The notes below the pieces were generated by a model, which was not told the origin of the DNA, did not search any database, and saw only the letters and a list, made by a program, of their open reading frames with translations. Source: a virus. Taken from it: a stretch of 64,000 bases of DNA. Location: IMG/VR virus record IMGVR_UViG_3300025840_003125; one strand, written 5' to 3'. Made by a program: the position numbers and the translations under genes. Shown here piece by piece: positions 17,213 to 28,810 of the stretch (position 1 is the first letter of the stretch; every line of letters begins with the position of its first letter).

Positions 17213-19786
17213 ATGGCCGACTTTAAAGATAAAATATCAAACCTTATAAATTCACAAGTACCTGATTTTGTACTTGAAGACCACCCATTATTTTTAGACT
17301 TTGTAAAAGCATATTATCAGTTGATGGAATCAGCTGAGATTACATTAACAAACATTGGCGATCCAGATCATTTAGTATTAGAAGGTACAACAGCTGCAAA
17401 GATTGTACTTGATGGTACAAACGTAAGTAAAGATGATGGTGACGATAACGTTCTTTTAGAAGACACAAGTTATGGTGATTTTATAAACGGCGAAACTATT
17501 ACAGGTTCTACATCTGGTGCAACGACAACAGTAATAATAGAAGACGTTGATGGTGGTGGTCGTTTGTTTGTTACTCATCAAAATAAATTTATAGAAGGTG
17601 AATTAATAACAGGTTCGTCTTCAGGTGCTCAGGCAACTATAGGTAAGTACAGAGCAAACCCAGTTCAAAATATTCAACAACTTTTAGATTACGCTGATGT
17701 AGATAAAACTATATCAGGTTTCTTATCTAAATTTAGAAACTCATTTTTAACAAGTGTACCTGATAGATTATACGAAGGTATAGATAAAAGAAATCTTACA
17801 AAAAATATTAAATCACTATATCAATCTAAAGGTACAAAACGTGCAAGTGAAATATTTTTTAAATTACTTTTAAACGAAGACGCTGAAATAAGATACCCTA
17901 AAGATGAAATATTAAGGGTGTCTGATGGTAAATGGGATACTAAAAAAATAATTCGTTGTTTAGCATTAGGTAATTCAGAGCCTACAAATCTTATAGGTCA
18001 AACAATCACACAAGCAAACAACCCGACAGATACAAATATAAATGAAGCGACTGCAATTGTAGAAGATGTATTTAAATTTTTAATAGGTGGTGTAGAAGTT
18101 ACTGAATTAGTTGTAGGTGATAATTCTGTTTCTGGTACTTTTGTTGCTGGTGAAACAATTACAGGTACAGATAATACAGACGCTGATGTTTTAGTTTCAT
18201 TAACAGTTTCAAAAATTATAGATCAAAAAACAATTACAAATGATGGTGCATTATATAACGAAGATGACCAAGTAGAAATAACAGCAGGTGGTACAGGTGC
18301 AAATGTTAAAGTTGGTACAATAGGTCCTGGTACAATACAAGAAGTATTAGTAGATACAGGTGGTACAGGTTACGCTGTAGGTGATACCATAAACTTTGGC
18401 ACAGGAAATGCGACTGCAAGAGTATCAGTTGTAAATGGTGGTGTTACATTAGAGTCTGGTACAGGTCAATTAATATTAGAAGATGAAACAGGTAAGAATG
18501 ACCAATATTTTGGTAACAAAGTTGTACAAGAAGCAGGTTCAGGTAACGAAGATATTACAGATGTTAGAATGATTGAGTTTGGTAATGGTTATACATCTTT
18601 ACCTAGTGTGACGGTTACGTCATCTGGTGGTAGTGGTGCAAAACTATTAGCATATGGTTCTGAAATAGGACGTGCATTAACAATGAAAGTAATTGAGTCT
18701 GGTTATAATTATCAAGCAAGTCCTGCACCAACAATAAAGTTACCAACTTATATTTTATACAATGGTCTTTCAGGTGGTTTAAGTGAAGGAGAAACAATAA
18801 CTGGTGGTACTAGTAGTGTTACTGCTGAGATAGTTTCTATAGATACGGATTTGAATATTGTAAAAGCAAAAAATCATAGTGGATCATTTGTAGAGGGAGA
18901 AACAATTACTGGTGGTAATGGCGCTACATTTACTGCATTAAGATTACAACAAGCAACTGGTACAGTTTCAACAGGTACAGTTGTAACTACAGATGGTACT
19001 TTTATAAACGAAGATGGTTGGGTATCTGAAAACTCAATGAAAATACAAGACAGTTTATTATACCAAGATTATTCATATATCATAAAAGTTGGTAGATCAA
19101 TTAATGAATGGCGTGACGCATATGTAAAAACTTTACACTCTGCTGGTTTTTATTTTCAAGGTGAGATTGCCATACAGTCAAGTTTAAATGCTCAGATTAG
19201 AAGAATAACTGGAGTAAACTCTGGTGTAGAAGGTATCTTAAAAACTCTACTTACAAGAATTTACTCAAAACTTATTGGTCGTAGATTGGGTACAGAAACA
19301 GATGGTACAAGTTTAAGAGCAAATGCAAAAGCGGCTGTTGCAGCTGATTTTGATACAGATACTATAACACAATTTGATAAAACAACAAGAGATGTAACTT
19401 TAAAAACACAACCACTTGTAATAGATTATGTAAGTAGAGTTAGACGTACTATAAACAATGTCAATGTAAGACAAGGATTTGTATATGCAGGACCTAGATT
19501 TGGCACAATAAACAAAATGATACAAACTGCATTTGGTCTTACAGCAAACGGAACGCCTAGTAGTAGTGGTATTACATTTGAACAATTAAGTGCTATTAAA
19601 GTAAAAGGTACAAGAACATCACTAGATGGTTCTAACGCAATATTTTTAATGACATCTTCAGAGGATGGTAGAAAAATCAAAACAAATTTCACAATTCCTG
19701 CACAAATAGGTGTTTTACAAGGTGATACTTTTGATGAAACACAAACCACATTTGATAATACTAATATTACAATGGATGCAGGTTAA
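17213..19786 (+). CDS. Baseplate wedge initiator gp7-like
   Basis: QVPDFVLEDHPLFLDFVKAYY; YQSKGT..A; IQDSLLYQDYSY; LHSAGF. Confidence 0.85.
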   Translation: MADFKDKISNLINSQVPDFVLEDHPLFLDFVKAYYQLMESAEITLTNIGDPDHLVLEGTTAAKIVLDGTNVSKDDGDDNVLLEDTSYGDFINGETITGSTSGATTTVIIEDVDGGGRLFVTHQNKFIEGELITGSSSGAQATIGKYRANPVQNIQQLLDYADVDKTISGFLSKFRNSFLTSVPDRLYEGIDKRNLTKNIKSLYQSKGTKRASEIFFKLLLNEDAEIRYPKDEILRVSDGKWDTKKIIRCLALGNSEPTNLIGQTITQANNPTDTNINEATAIVEDVFKFLIGGVEVTELVVGDNSVSGTFVAGETITGTDNTDADVLVSLTVSKIIDQKTITNDGALYNEDDQVEITAGGTGANVKVGTIGPGTIQEVLVDTGGTGYAVGDTINFGTGNATARVSVVNGGVTLESGTGQLILEDETGKNDQYFGNKVVQEAGSGNEDITDVRMIEFGNGYTSLPSVTVTSSGGSGAKLLAYGSEIGRALTMKVIESGYNYQASPAPTIKLPTYILYNGLSGGLSEGETITGGTSSVTAEIVSIDTDLNIVKAKNHSGSFVEGETITGGNGATFTALRLQQATGTVSTGTVVTTDGTFINEDGWVSENSMKIQDSLLYQDYSYIIKVGRSINEWRDAYVKTLHSAGFYFQGEIAIQSSLNAQIRRITGVNSGVEGILKTLLTRIYSKLIGRRLGTETDGTSLRANAKAAVAADFDTDTITQFDKTTRDVTLKTQPLVIDYVSRVRRTINNVNVRQGFVYAGPRFGTINKMIQTAFGLTANGTPSSSGITFEQLSAIKVKGTRTSLDGSNAIFLMTSSEDGRKIKTNFTIPAQIGVLQGDTFDETQTTFDNTNITMDAG

Positions 19787-19788
19787 GA

Positions 19789-19796
19789 TATAAATA
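19789..19796 (+). promoter_or_regulatory. T4-type late promoter
   Basis: TATAAATA. Confidence 0.75.
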
Positions 19797-19809
19797 GTAA
19801 GAGAGATAT

Positions 19810-20976
19810 ATGGCAAAACAAACAATAAACATCGGATCAATCGCAAATGACGGCACAGGTTCAACACTTCGAGCCGCTGGTGATTTAGTTAATGATAACT
19901 TTAATGAAATTTACACAGCAATAGGTGACGGTACAACTTTAACAAATATATTAGCTGCTGGTTATATTACATCATCAAGTACAGATACATTAACTAACAA
20001 ATCAGGTAATATAAGTCAATGGACAAATGACTCAGGTTATTTAACTTCATTTTCTGAAGCTAATGATTTATCATCAGCAGTTACTTGGGCTGATGTTCCT
20101 GATGCTAATATTACACAATCAAGTGTAACACAACACCAAGCTGCAATAAATTCAGGTGTTTCCATTACAGAAAGTCAAATAAGTGATTTACAAAGTTACA
20201 TAACTGCAGGCTCAACAACAGCACTTACTAATAAAACTTTTGACGCAAATGGCACTGGTAATTCAATTTCAAACATTGAAGTTGCTGACTTAGCGTCTGG
20301 TGTATTAGACACAGATTTAACTACAGTTGCAGGCACAGATACTACACTTGCTTCAGCAAAAGCAATTAAAACTTATGTTGATAATGTTGCAGCTGCAGGT
20401 ATACATTATCATACAGCAGTAAGAGTAGAGTCGCCAATAAATTTAAATGCTTCATATGATAACGGTACTTTAGGTGTTGGTGCAACTTTAACTAACACAG
20501 GTACTTTAGCAGCCATTTCAATTGATGGTGTTGCTTTAAATTTAAATGATAGAGTTTTAATTTATAATCAATCAAATGCAGCTCACAATGGTGTATATTA
20601 TGTATCAACTGTTGGTGATGGTGCAACTGCTTGGGTATTAACAAGAACAACAGATACAGACAGTTATGGTGCTTCTGATCCAGACTCTTTGGGGGAAGGT
20701 GATGCCTTTTTCGTAAGTGAAGGGAATACAGGTGCTGGAGAATTATATGTAATGAATACTAATGGTACAATTACATTTGGTACTACAAATATTACATTTT
20801 CTGTAATTGCCGAAACAGCAGTATATTCAGCAGGACAGTCATTAACACTATCAGGCACAGTATTTTCAGTAACATCGGGTTCTATAAGTTCAACACAACT
20901 AACAAGTGCTGTTGAATTGCAAATATTAGATAGTTCTGGATCAACAGTTAAATCACTATATGGTGCAGGATCGTAA
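19810..20976 (+). CDS. Baseplate-attached fibre protein (gp9/gp10-like N-terminus)
   Basis: MAKQTINIG..ANDGTG.TLR.AG..VN.NF.EIY; shares fibre modules with 57966 and 60839. Confidence 0.75.
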   Translation: MAKQTINIGSIANDGTGSTLRAAGDLVNDNFNEIYTAIGDGTTLTNILAAGYITSSSTDTLTNKSGNISQWTNDSGYLTSFSEANDLSSAVTWADVPDANITQSSVTQHQAAINSGVSITESQISDLQSYITAGSTTALTNKTFDANGTGNSISNIEVADLASGVLDTDLTTVAGTDTTLASAKAIKTYVDNVAAAGIHYHTAVRVESPINLNASYDNGTLGVGATLTNTGTLAAISIDGVALNLNDRVLIYNQSNAAHNGVYYVSTVGDGATAWVLTRTTDTDSYGASDPDSLGEGDAFFVSEGNTGAGELYVMNTNGTITFGTTNITFSVIAETAVYSAGQSLTLSGTVFSVTSGSISSTQLTSAVELQILDSSGSTVKSLYGAGS

Positions 20977-20985
20977 TAAAAAGAT

Positions 20986-20993
20986 TATAAATA
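20986..20993 (+). promoter_or_regulatory. T4-type late promoter
   Basis: TATAAATA. Confidence 0.75.
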
Positions 20994-21008
20994 TAAAGAG
21001 GAATAACA

Positions 21009-22505
21009 ATGCCAGCAATAATAACAAATAAATTTAGAATGAACAATGCGGAACAGTTTCAGGAATCATTTTCTGAAGCTTCTCCAACAGTTTACTACTT
21101 AGGAATAGGTAGAGCACAAGAATTTGGTACTTTAACAAGACCAGATGGTAGAACAGACTACGAAGGTACAGAAACAGCACCTACTACACCAGGTGATAGT
21201 GTACTAAATGAATTTAAAAACTATGATGATCTGCTGGCTGCAAAAAAGATCACAGGTTCAGACGTTTCATTTGTTATTCCTAGAAGAAACTGGACATCAG
21301 GTACAACATACGATATTTACAGACACGATTACGAGGAGTTTGTAACAGGTAGCACATCAACAAGGGTTACATCAAATAGTGGTGCAACAACTTTGTTTGA
21401 CTCTACTTTTTATGTAATAACTTCAGATAGAAACGTTTACAAGTGTTTAGACAATGATGGTAATACTGCTTCGACAGTAGAACCAACAGGTACTGGTACA
21501 ACTTTAATTACAACTGGTGATGGATACAAGTGGAAATATATGTACACTTTATCTGCTGCTCAACAATCAAATTTCTTATCAACTGACTTTATGGCAGTTT
21601 CAACTGACTCAACTGTATCATCAGCTGCTGTTGATGGCGCACTAGACGTAGTAAAAGTTAAAACTGGTGGATCAAGTTATACAGTTTCAGGTGGTGGTAC
21701 ATCAGGAACAATAACTGCTGTGCCAATTAGAGGTGATGGTAGTGGTGGTGTTTGCTCTGTAACTTTAACTTCAGGCGCTATAACTGCTGTATCTATAACA
21801 ACTGCTGGTACTGGTTACACTTCAGGTTATATTAAAAATGCTGACATCATTGCAGCTACAAATGCTGGTGGTGCTGGATCAGGTGCAGAATTAGACGTAA
21901 TCATTCCACCAAAAGGTGGTCATGGTTTTAACGCCGTAGAAGAATTAGGTGGATTCTTTGTTATGTTAAATACAACATTAGAAGGAACTGAAAGTTCTAA
22001 CTCTGGTGATTTTACGGCTGCAAACGACTTTAGAAAAATTACTTTAATTAAGAATCCAAACAACGCAGCTGGTTCGGCTGCTTCTGCGTCAACATTAAGA
22101 GGCACATATGCTGTTAAAATTAATACTTCACCCACTCCAGGAACATTTGTTGTTGATGAAGAAATTAATCAGGCAAGTACAGGTGCTGTAGGTAAAGTTG
22201 TTGAATGGGATGCTACAAATAAAATTTTATATTATGTTCAGACTAGACACAATGGCGCTGGTGCTGATACAAATGGTAACGTTACTGCTTTTAGTGGTAC
22301 AAATGTAATTACTGGACAAACATCTAGTGCTACAGGTACTCCCGAAAATACTACTTCAACTGTTAACAATGTTTCATTCACTTCTGGTTATGCTACTCCT
22401 GAATTGAAACATGATACTGGAGAAATCTTATACGTTGAAAATAGAACAAAAATTGCAAGAGCGACTGACCAAACTGAAAACATCAAACTCATTATTGAGT
22501 TTTAA
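21009..22505 (+). CDS. Baseplate wedge subunit gp8
   Basis: MPAIIT.KFR; VIPRRNW; VYKCLDN; DGYKWKYMY; PKGGHG; ENIKLIIEF. Confidence 0.92.
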   Translation: MPAIITNKFRMNNAEQFQESFSEASPTVYYLGIGRAQEFGTLTRPDGRTDYEGTETAPTTPGDSVLNEFKNYDDLLAAKKITGSDVSFVIPRRNWTSGTTYDIYRHDYEEFVTGSTSTRVTSNSGATTLFDSTFYVITSDRNVYKCLDNDGNTASTVEPTGTGTTLITTGDGYKWKYMYTLSAAQQSNFLSTDFMAVSTDSTVSSAAVDGALDVVKVKTGGSSYTVSGGGTSGTITAVPIRGDGSGGVCSVTLTSGAITAVSITTAGTGYTSGYIKNADIIAATNAGGAGSGAELDVIIPPKGGHGFNAVEELGGFFVMLNTTLEGTESSNSGDFTAANDFRKITLIKNPNNAAGSAASASTLRGTYAVKINTSPTPGTFVVDEEINQASTGAVGKVVEWDATNKILYYVQTRHNGAGADTNGNVTAFSGTNVITGQTSSATGTPENTTSTVNNVSFTSGYATPELKHDTGEILYVENRTKIARATDQTENIKLIIEF

Positions 22506-22521
22506 TAGGGGAAAATAGATA

Positions 22522-25500
22522 ATGCCAAGTCCAACTGATTTTAATGTCAGTCCTTACTATGACGATTTTACAGAGTCAAAAAAGTTTCACAGAATACTTT
22601 TTAGACCTGCTTTTGCTGTTCAGGCTAGAGAATTAACTCAATCTCAAACACAATTACAAAATCAAATAGAAAGAATGTCAGATCACCTTTTTGATAAGGG
22701 ATCAATGGTCATTCCTGGTGAAATTGGTTACGATTTAAAATACTATGCTGTTAAGTTAACATCTAAATCTGCTTCAACTGTAGATAGTTATATTGACACT
22801 ACACTAACAGGTGGTACTTCAGGCGTTACTGCTAAAGTTGTAAACGCTGTTGCTACAGACGGTACTGATCCAGATACACTATTCGTTAAATACATGAATA
22901 CTGCTTCTGATGGTGCACAAATTCCTTTTACACATGGTGAAACAATAACATCATCTAATACTTCAACAGCTGTTGTTGCTTCTTGTCATACAGGATCAGC
23001 TGCACAGATTAAAGAAGGTGTATATTACATCAATGGTTTTCACGTTCAAGTATCTGCACAAACTTTAATACTTGAAAAATATTCAGATACTCCTAGTTAT
23101 AGAGTTGGTTTATCAGTAACAGAATCTTTTGTTGCACCTGGTGATGATACATCTCTAAACGATAACGCACAAGGCGTATCAAACTCAAACGCTCCTGGCG
23201 CTCACAGATTTAAAATACTTTTAACATTAGGCAAAAAAGCATTAAACAATACTGAAGATAGTAACTTCTATGAATTGTTAAGATTGTCAAGTGGTGTATT
23301 ACAAAACCAAGTTAGAACAACTGAATACGCTGTATTAGAAGATACACTTGCTCGTAGAACATTTGACGAAAGTGGTGACTATGTTGTAAGACCTTTTGAT
23401 ATAGATGTTAGAGAACATTTATCTTCAGGCAACAATAGAGGTATCTTTACATCATCAGCAGGTGGTGACGCAACTAAACTTGCAGTAGGATTCTCTCCTG
23501 GAAAAGCATATGTAAAAGGTTATGAGATAGACACAATCGCAACAACTTTTTTACCTGTAGATAAGGCAAGAGATTTTGACACACAAAATAATTTTAGTAC
23601 TAGATTTGATGTAGGTAACTTTGTAAACGTAACAAACGTTTATGGTTCTCCTGACATTTCAACTGCTTCAGGTGTAGAAGGATTTAAAGGTTTAACTTTA
23701 CACAATACAGCAACAAGTTCACGTGGTACTGCAAACACAGGATCAAGTTCAGATATTACTACAATTGGTAGAGCAAAAAGTAGAGGCTTTGAATATTCTT
23801 CAGGTACTGCTGCTTCAAACATATTTTCAAGTTCAAGTGTAACAAGTGCTGTTTATAAACATTATCTTTTTGATATAGTTTTATTTACACACTTAAATAT
23901 TAAAACTGCACAAGCATTTACAACAGGTGAAACTGTAACTGGTAGTACTTCTGGTGCTACTGCAACAGTTCAATCTGTATCTACTACAGAAAGTGCTACA
24001 ATCACAGGTGCAACAGCAGCTGATCCTGTAGTTATTACATCTTCAAATAAATTTAAAGAAGGTCAACAAGTAACAATAACAGGTGTAGGTGGTATGACTG
24101 AATTAAATGGTAACGTTTATACGGTTAGAAATCCATCGGCATCAAATTTTGAATTATACGACACAGACGGCACTACTTCAATTGATGGATCAGGATTTAC
24201 TAGTTATACTTCAGGCGGTGCAGCTGCACATGGTGTAGTTATAGTATCAAACGTACAAGGTACTTTTGCTACTGGCGAAACAATAACAGGTGGCACATCA
24301 AGTAACACAGCAGTTATTCAAGCAGACGCTGTTGGTTTAAAAGGTGTTACTGCATTTGATATACCACAAGTTAAACAAATTGCAATGGCAGGTTCGCCTA
24401 CATTTACTGCTGATACAGCATTAGACGCTACAAATGGCGACAATGCAACATTAACAGGTACACTATCTATCGCAAATAGTGGTACATCTGTAACAGGTTT
24501 CAATACAAGATTTACATCTGAATTATTAGTTGGCGATTCAATATCATTTACTACAGACGGTGGTACCTCTTTAACTAGAATAGTTGAGGCTATCATTAGT
24601 GATAGTTCAATAACACTATCAGCTGCTGTTGGTGGATCAGACGTATCCACAAAAACAATTGCAACGAGAAGAAGAACAAAAATACAATCACCTGATAAAA
24701 ATATTTCTATATTCAAACTGCCGTATGAAAATATTAAAACATTAAGAACAACTGCAAATGGTAATGCTTCAGATACAAGTTATACATTTAGAAAACATGA
24801 AATTAAAACACTAACTGGTGATGGTATTGCAACATTTACTGCTGGTGTAGATGAAACGTTTGCCGATTTATCAGAAAATGATTTTACTATTTCAATTACA
24901 AGTTTAGGTTCTGGTGGTTCTGGTGCTGTAGGTGATGTATTAAGTTTGACAGGAAATAACCACGAAGGTTCTGCAATCTTTACTTTAAATGTTGCTAAAA
25001 CACAATTAACTATTGACTTTGGTGCTAACTACGCTTCACATGACGTTAAAGCATTATTAACTATAAACAAAACGGTAGGTACTTCGAAAACAAAAACACT
25101 TAACAGTAATGAAACACTTGCTGTATCTACACAGGCAACAATAGAGAGTGGTGTAATTAGTTTAGCAAAAGCAGACGTAATTGCTATCAATTCAATTTAC
25201 ATGGCACCTGACTTTAGTACGGATGCAACAATATCACATACAGACGTTACAGATAGATTTGATTTAGATACAGGTCAAAGAGATAACTTCTATGATGTTG
25301 GTAGAATAAAATTAAAAACTGGTGCGTTAACACCAACAGGTAGATTACTTGTAAACTTTAACTATTACTCTCATAGTGCAGGAGATTATTTTGATGTTGA
25401 CTCATATTCAGCAATTAATTACGAAGACATTCCTGCTTACACTTCAGACCATACAGGTGTTAGATATGAATTAAGAGATAGTTTAGACTTTAGACCAAGA

Positions 25501-28500
25501 GTTGATGACGCAAGTACAATCAGTTCAGGTAACCAAGATAGATCATTTGATGGTACTGGTAATTCAGTAGTACAACCTATCAAATTTAATTCAGACGTTA
25601 GATCAGACTTTGAATACTATTTAGGAAGAGTAGATAAAATATTTTTAGATAAAGATGGTAACTTTAAAGTATTAAAAGGTGCTAGTTCATTAGAACCAAG
25701 AGTACCTGGTACATTAGATAACGCAATGCACCTATACACATTGTTTTTACCTGCATATACATTGGATACATCTGAAGTTGGTATAGAACACGTTGACAAC
25801 AAACGATATACAATGAGAGATATTGGTAGAATAGAAAAGAGAATAGAAACTACAGAATACTATACTCAATTATCTCTACTAGAAACAGCTGCACAGAATT
25901 TACAAATACAAGACTCAAATGGTTTTGATAGATTTAAAAATGGTTTCGTTGTAGATAACTTTACAGGTCACGGTATTGGTGATGTAGGAAATAACGATTA
26001 CAAAGTTTCTATAGATTACGCAAACGGTGAGTTAAGACCTACATTCCATGAAGACGCTGTACAACTTATTGAAAGAGATGATGATGGTACTGCAATTACA
26101 GCTGATGATAGAACAACACATAACTATCAAAAGACTGGCGACTTAATAACATTACCATATACTGAGGAAACATTAATAGATCAACCTTATGCAAGTAAGG
26201 CTATCAATGTTAACCCATTTGGTGTATTTACATGGATAGGTGCAATAGAATTAACACCTCCAGGTGATGAATGGAAAGAAACAGAAAGAGCACCTGAATT
26301 AGTTATCAACAACCCTAATGGTAGTTGGGACAACTTAACTAAAAACTCTGGTAACTCTAATCAGTTATCTGAATTTCCTATGTCAACAGTTTGGAATTCA
26401 TGGCAAGATACATGGACAGGAAGACCTGTTGAAACAGAAAGAAAAAATGTAGGTACATATAAGAAAAGAGGTGGTCATGGTTGGAGAGTAATTGCAAAAG
26501 AAGAAGTAACTACTGCTCAACAAGTATCACAAACAAGAACAGGAATTAGAGCAGTTGCTGTACCTGAAACAGTAAGAACATCTATCGGTGATAGAGTTGT
26601 TTCAGTTGCATTTGTTCCTTTTATTAGAAGTAGAACATTAACATTTACTGCAACAAGATTAAAACCTAATACAAGAGTTTATCCATTCTTTGATAATATA
26701 GACGTTACTGCATATGTAACTCCAGACGGTGGTGCATTAGGTGGTAATTTAGTTACAGACGCTAATGGTAAGGTTGAAGGTACATTTGCAATACCTGATC
26801 CTAAAACAAATTCAAATCCTAGATGGAGAACAGGTCAAAGATTATTCAGATTAACAAGTTCATCTTCAAACAGTTTAACAAACGCAAACGTAGAAACGGC
26901 TGCAAACGTTGAATATGTTGCAAGAGGTCTATTAGAAACAGTAAGAGAAACTATTATTTCAAGTAGAGAAGCTCGTGTAGAGATGAGAAGTGTAACAGAA
27001 AGTCAAAGTATTACTAGAACATCCACAAGAACGGAAGAAAGACAAGTTGGTTACCATGACCCACTTGCTCAAACTTTCTTAATTGATGATGAAGGTGGTG
27101 TATTCTTAACATCTATTGATATATTCTTTAGTACAAAAGACGCTGCAATACCAGTAACAGTTCAAGTAAGAGATGTTGTAAATGGTTATCCAGGTCAGAA
27201 AATATTACCATTCTCGGAAGTAACTTTAAATCCTAGTGCTGTAAATACAAGTACAGATGGTACAACTGCAACTAAATTTACATTTGCAAGTCCTGTTTAC
27301 ATACAATCAAACGTAGAGTATTGTTTTGTTGTAATGGCAAACTCACAAGACTACAATGCTTATGTGGCAAGAATAGGTGAAACATCTTTAGATACAAATA
27401 GAACAATATCTGCTCAACCATATGCTGGTGTATTATTTAAATCACAGAATGGTATGACATGGTCTGCTGAACAAAATGAAGATATGAAATTCAAATTAAG
27501 AAGAGCAGAATTTAGTAACGTAACTGGTACAGTTACATTAACTAACGATACATTAGGAACAAGAACACTTAAAAATAATGCTTTAAGAACAACAAATGGT
27601 TCTGGAGTAATTAGAGTATTCCATCCTAACCATGGTATGCACGGTACAAGTAATAACGTAACAATTGCTGGTGTACCTAGTGGTGATCACAATGGTATTG
27701 CTCATAGTGATATTAATGGAACATATACATCTATTTCAAATGTAACTTTAGATAGTTACGATATTACAACTTCTGGAACTGCAACTGCAACAGGTGATGT
27801 TGGTGGTGTTGCTGTAACAGCAACTCAAAACAGATTGTTTGATGTATTAAATTTAGGTGGTATTCAAACCGTAACTTTACCTGATACTAATATAGATTTC
27901 TATGTTAGAACAACATCTGGTAGATCAATACACGGATCAGAAACAGAATTTGATTTAACAACAGCTGCAAATAAAGTTGCTGTAATAGGTAACGACAATA
28001 TTGCTTTCACAGCACCTCAAATGGTTGCAAGTGAAATAAATGAAACAAACGAAACGCAAATTATAGGTGGTAAATCTTTCTATACAATATTAGAATTGAC
28101 AACTGCAAATACTAAACTTTCTCCTGTATTAGATACTCAAAGAATGAGTGCCTTTACTATTCAAAACAGATTAAATAGTCCAACATCAAGTAACACACCT
28201 AATTTTGTTGCTGATACAGCAAGTATAGGTACATCATCTGCTGCTGTTTATTGTACTAAACCAGTATTGCTAGAAAACAACTCAAAAGCGTTAGACATTA
28301 GATTAACTGCAAACATAAGAGCAACATCTGAAGTTGAAATGTACTTTAGAGCTGCAACAGATGGCGACAAACTAGATGATTTGGGTTGGACACCTTTCAA
28401 TACAGATGGTAGTCCAGATTCATCTATTGTACCTGCTGAAGATGATACAACATTTAAAGAATACAAATATACAGCAAGTGATATAAATGACTTTACTAAC

Positions 28501-28587
28501 TTTCAACTTAAAATAGTTATGAAAGGAACAAATTCATCATATCCACCTGTATTAAGAGATATGAGAGGAATTGCATTGGCGATATAA
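22522..28587 (+). CDS. Large virion structural protein, VrlC/DUF4815-like
   Basis: FNVSPYYDDF; LFRP..AVQARELTQ.Q; LARRTFDESGDY; RYTMRDIG; DPLAQTF; internal E1-FCCH-like module near 24001-24220. Confidence 0.85.
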   Translation: MPSPTDFNVSPYYDDFTESKKFHRILFRPAFAVQARELTQSQTQLQNQIERMSDHLFDKGSMVIPGEIGYDLKYYAVKLTSKSASTVDSYIDTTLTGGTSGVTAKVVNAVATDGTDPDTLFVKYMNTASDGAQIPFTHGETITSSNTSTAVVASCHTGSAAQIKEGVYYINGFHVQVSAQTLILEKYSDTPSYRVGLSVTESFVAPGDDTSLNDNAQGVSNSNAPGAHRFKILLTLGKKALNNTEDSNFYELLRLSSGVLQNQVRTTEYAVLEDTLARRTFDESGDYVVRPFDIDVREHLSSGNNRGIFTSSAGGDATKLAVGFSPGKAYVKGYEIDTIATTFLPVDKARDFDTQNNFSTRFDVGNFVNVTNVYGSPDISTASGVEGFKGLTLHNTATSSRGTANTGSSSDITTIGRAKSRGFEYSSGTAASNIFSSSSVTSAVYKHYLFDIVLFTHLNIKTAQAFTTGETVTGSTSGATATVQSVSTTESATITGATAADPVVITSSNKFKEGQQVTITGVGGMTELNGNVYTVRNPSASNFELYDTDGTTSIDGSGFTSYTSGGAAAHGVVIVSNVQGTFATGETITGGTSSNTAVIQADAVGLKGVTAFDIPQVKQIAMAGSPTFTADTALDATNGDNATLTGTLSIANSGTSVTGFNTRFTSELLVGDSISFTTDGGTSLTRIVEAIISDSSITLSAAVGGSDVSTKTIATRRRTKIQSPDKNISIFKLPYENIKTLRTTANGNASDTSYTFRKHEIKTLTGDGIATFTAGVDETFADLSENDFTISITSLGSGGSGAVGDVLSLTGNNHEGSAIFTLNVAKTQLTIDFGANYASHDVKALLTINKTVGTSKTKTLNSNETLAVSTQATIESGVISLAKADVIAINSIYMAPDFSTDATISHTDVTDRFDLDTGQRDNFYDVGRIKLKTGALTPTGRLLVNFNYYSHSAGDYFDVDSYSAINYEDIPAYTSDHTGVRYELRDSLDFRPRVDDASTISSGNQDRSFDGTGNSVVQPIKFNSDVRSDFEYYLGRVDKIFLDKDGNFKVLKGASSLEPRVPGTLDNAMHLYTLFLPAYTLDTSEVGIEHVDNKRYTMRDIGRIEKRIETTEYYTQLSLLETAAQNLQIQDSNGFDRFKNGFVVDNFTGHGIGDVGNNDYKVSIDYANGELRPTFHEDAVQLIERDDDGTAITADDRTTHNYQKTGDLITLPYTEETLIDQPYASKAINVNPFGVFTWIGAIELTPPGDEWKETERAPELVINNPNGSWDNLTKNSGNSNQLSEFPMSTVWNSWQDTWTGRPVETERKNVGTYKKRGGHGWRVIAKEEVTTAQQVSQTRTGIRAVAVPETVRTSIGDRVVSVAFVPFIRSRTLTFTATRLKPNTRVYPFFDNIDVTAYVTPDGGALGGNLVTDANGKVEGTFAIPDPKTNSNPRWRTGQRLFRLTSSSSNSLTNANVETAANVEYVARGLLETVRETIISSREARVEMRSVTESQSITRTSTRTEERQVGYHDPLAQTFLIDDEGGVFLTSIDIFFSTKDAAIPVTVQVRDVVNGYPGQKILPFSEVTLNPSAVNTSTDGTTATKFTFASPVYIQSNVEYCFVVMANSQDYNAYVARIGETSLDTNRTISAQPYAGVLFKSQNGMTWSAEQNEDMKFKLRRAEFSNVTGTVTLTNDTLGTRTLKNNALRTTNGSGVIRVFHPNHGMHGTSNNVTIAGVPSGDHNGIAHSDINGTYTSISNVTLDSYDITTSGTATATGDVGGVAVTATQNRLFDVLNLGGIQTVTLPDTNIDFYVRTTSGRSIHGSETEFDLTTAANKVAVIGNDNIAFTAPQMVASEINETNETQIIGGKSFYTILELTTANTKLSPVLDTQRMSAFTIQNRLNSPTSSNTPNFVADTASIGTSSAAVYCTKPVLLENNSKALDIRLTANIRATSEVEMYFRAATDGDKLDDLGWTPFNTDGSPDSSIVPAEDDTTFKEYKYTASDINDFTNFQLKIVMKGTNSSYPPVLRDMRGIALAI

Positions 28588-28588
28588 G

Positions 28589-28810
28589 ATGAGCAAATTA
28601 AGAGTAGAAGGATTTTCTGGACTAGTAAGAGATACCAACTCAAATGCCATCGTTAATGTAAACAGGACTGAATATCAAGTTTATATGTCACGTCACAAGA
28701 CTAGACAAAAACAAGGTGATGAGTTAAGAGAAGCAATAAAAGAAATAAATACTTTAAAACAAGAATTGTTTGAAATAAAAAGATTAATAAAAGAGGTAAT
28801 TAAAAAGTAA
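28589..28810 (+). CDS. Small conserved T4-like phage protein
   Basis: VEG..GLVRD..SNAIVN followed by coiled coil. Confidence 0.7.
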   Translation: MSKLRVEGFSGLVRDTNSNAIVNVNRTEYQVYMSRHKTRQKQGDELREAIKEINTLKQELFEIKRLIKEVIKK

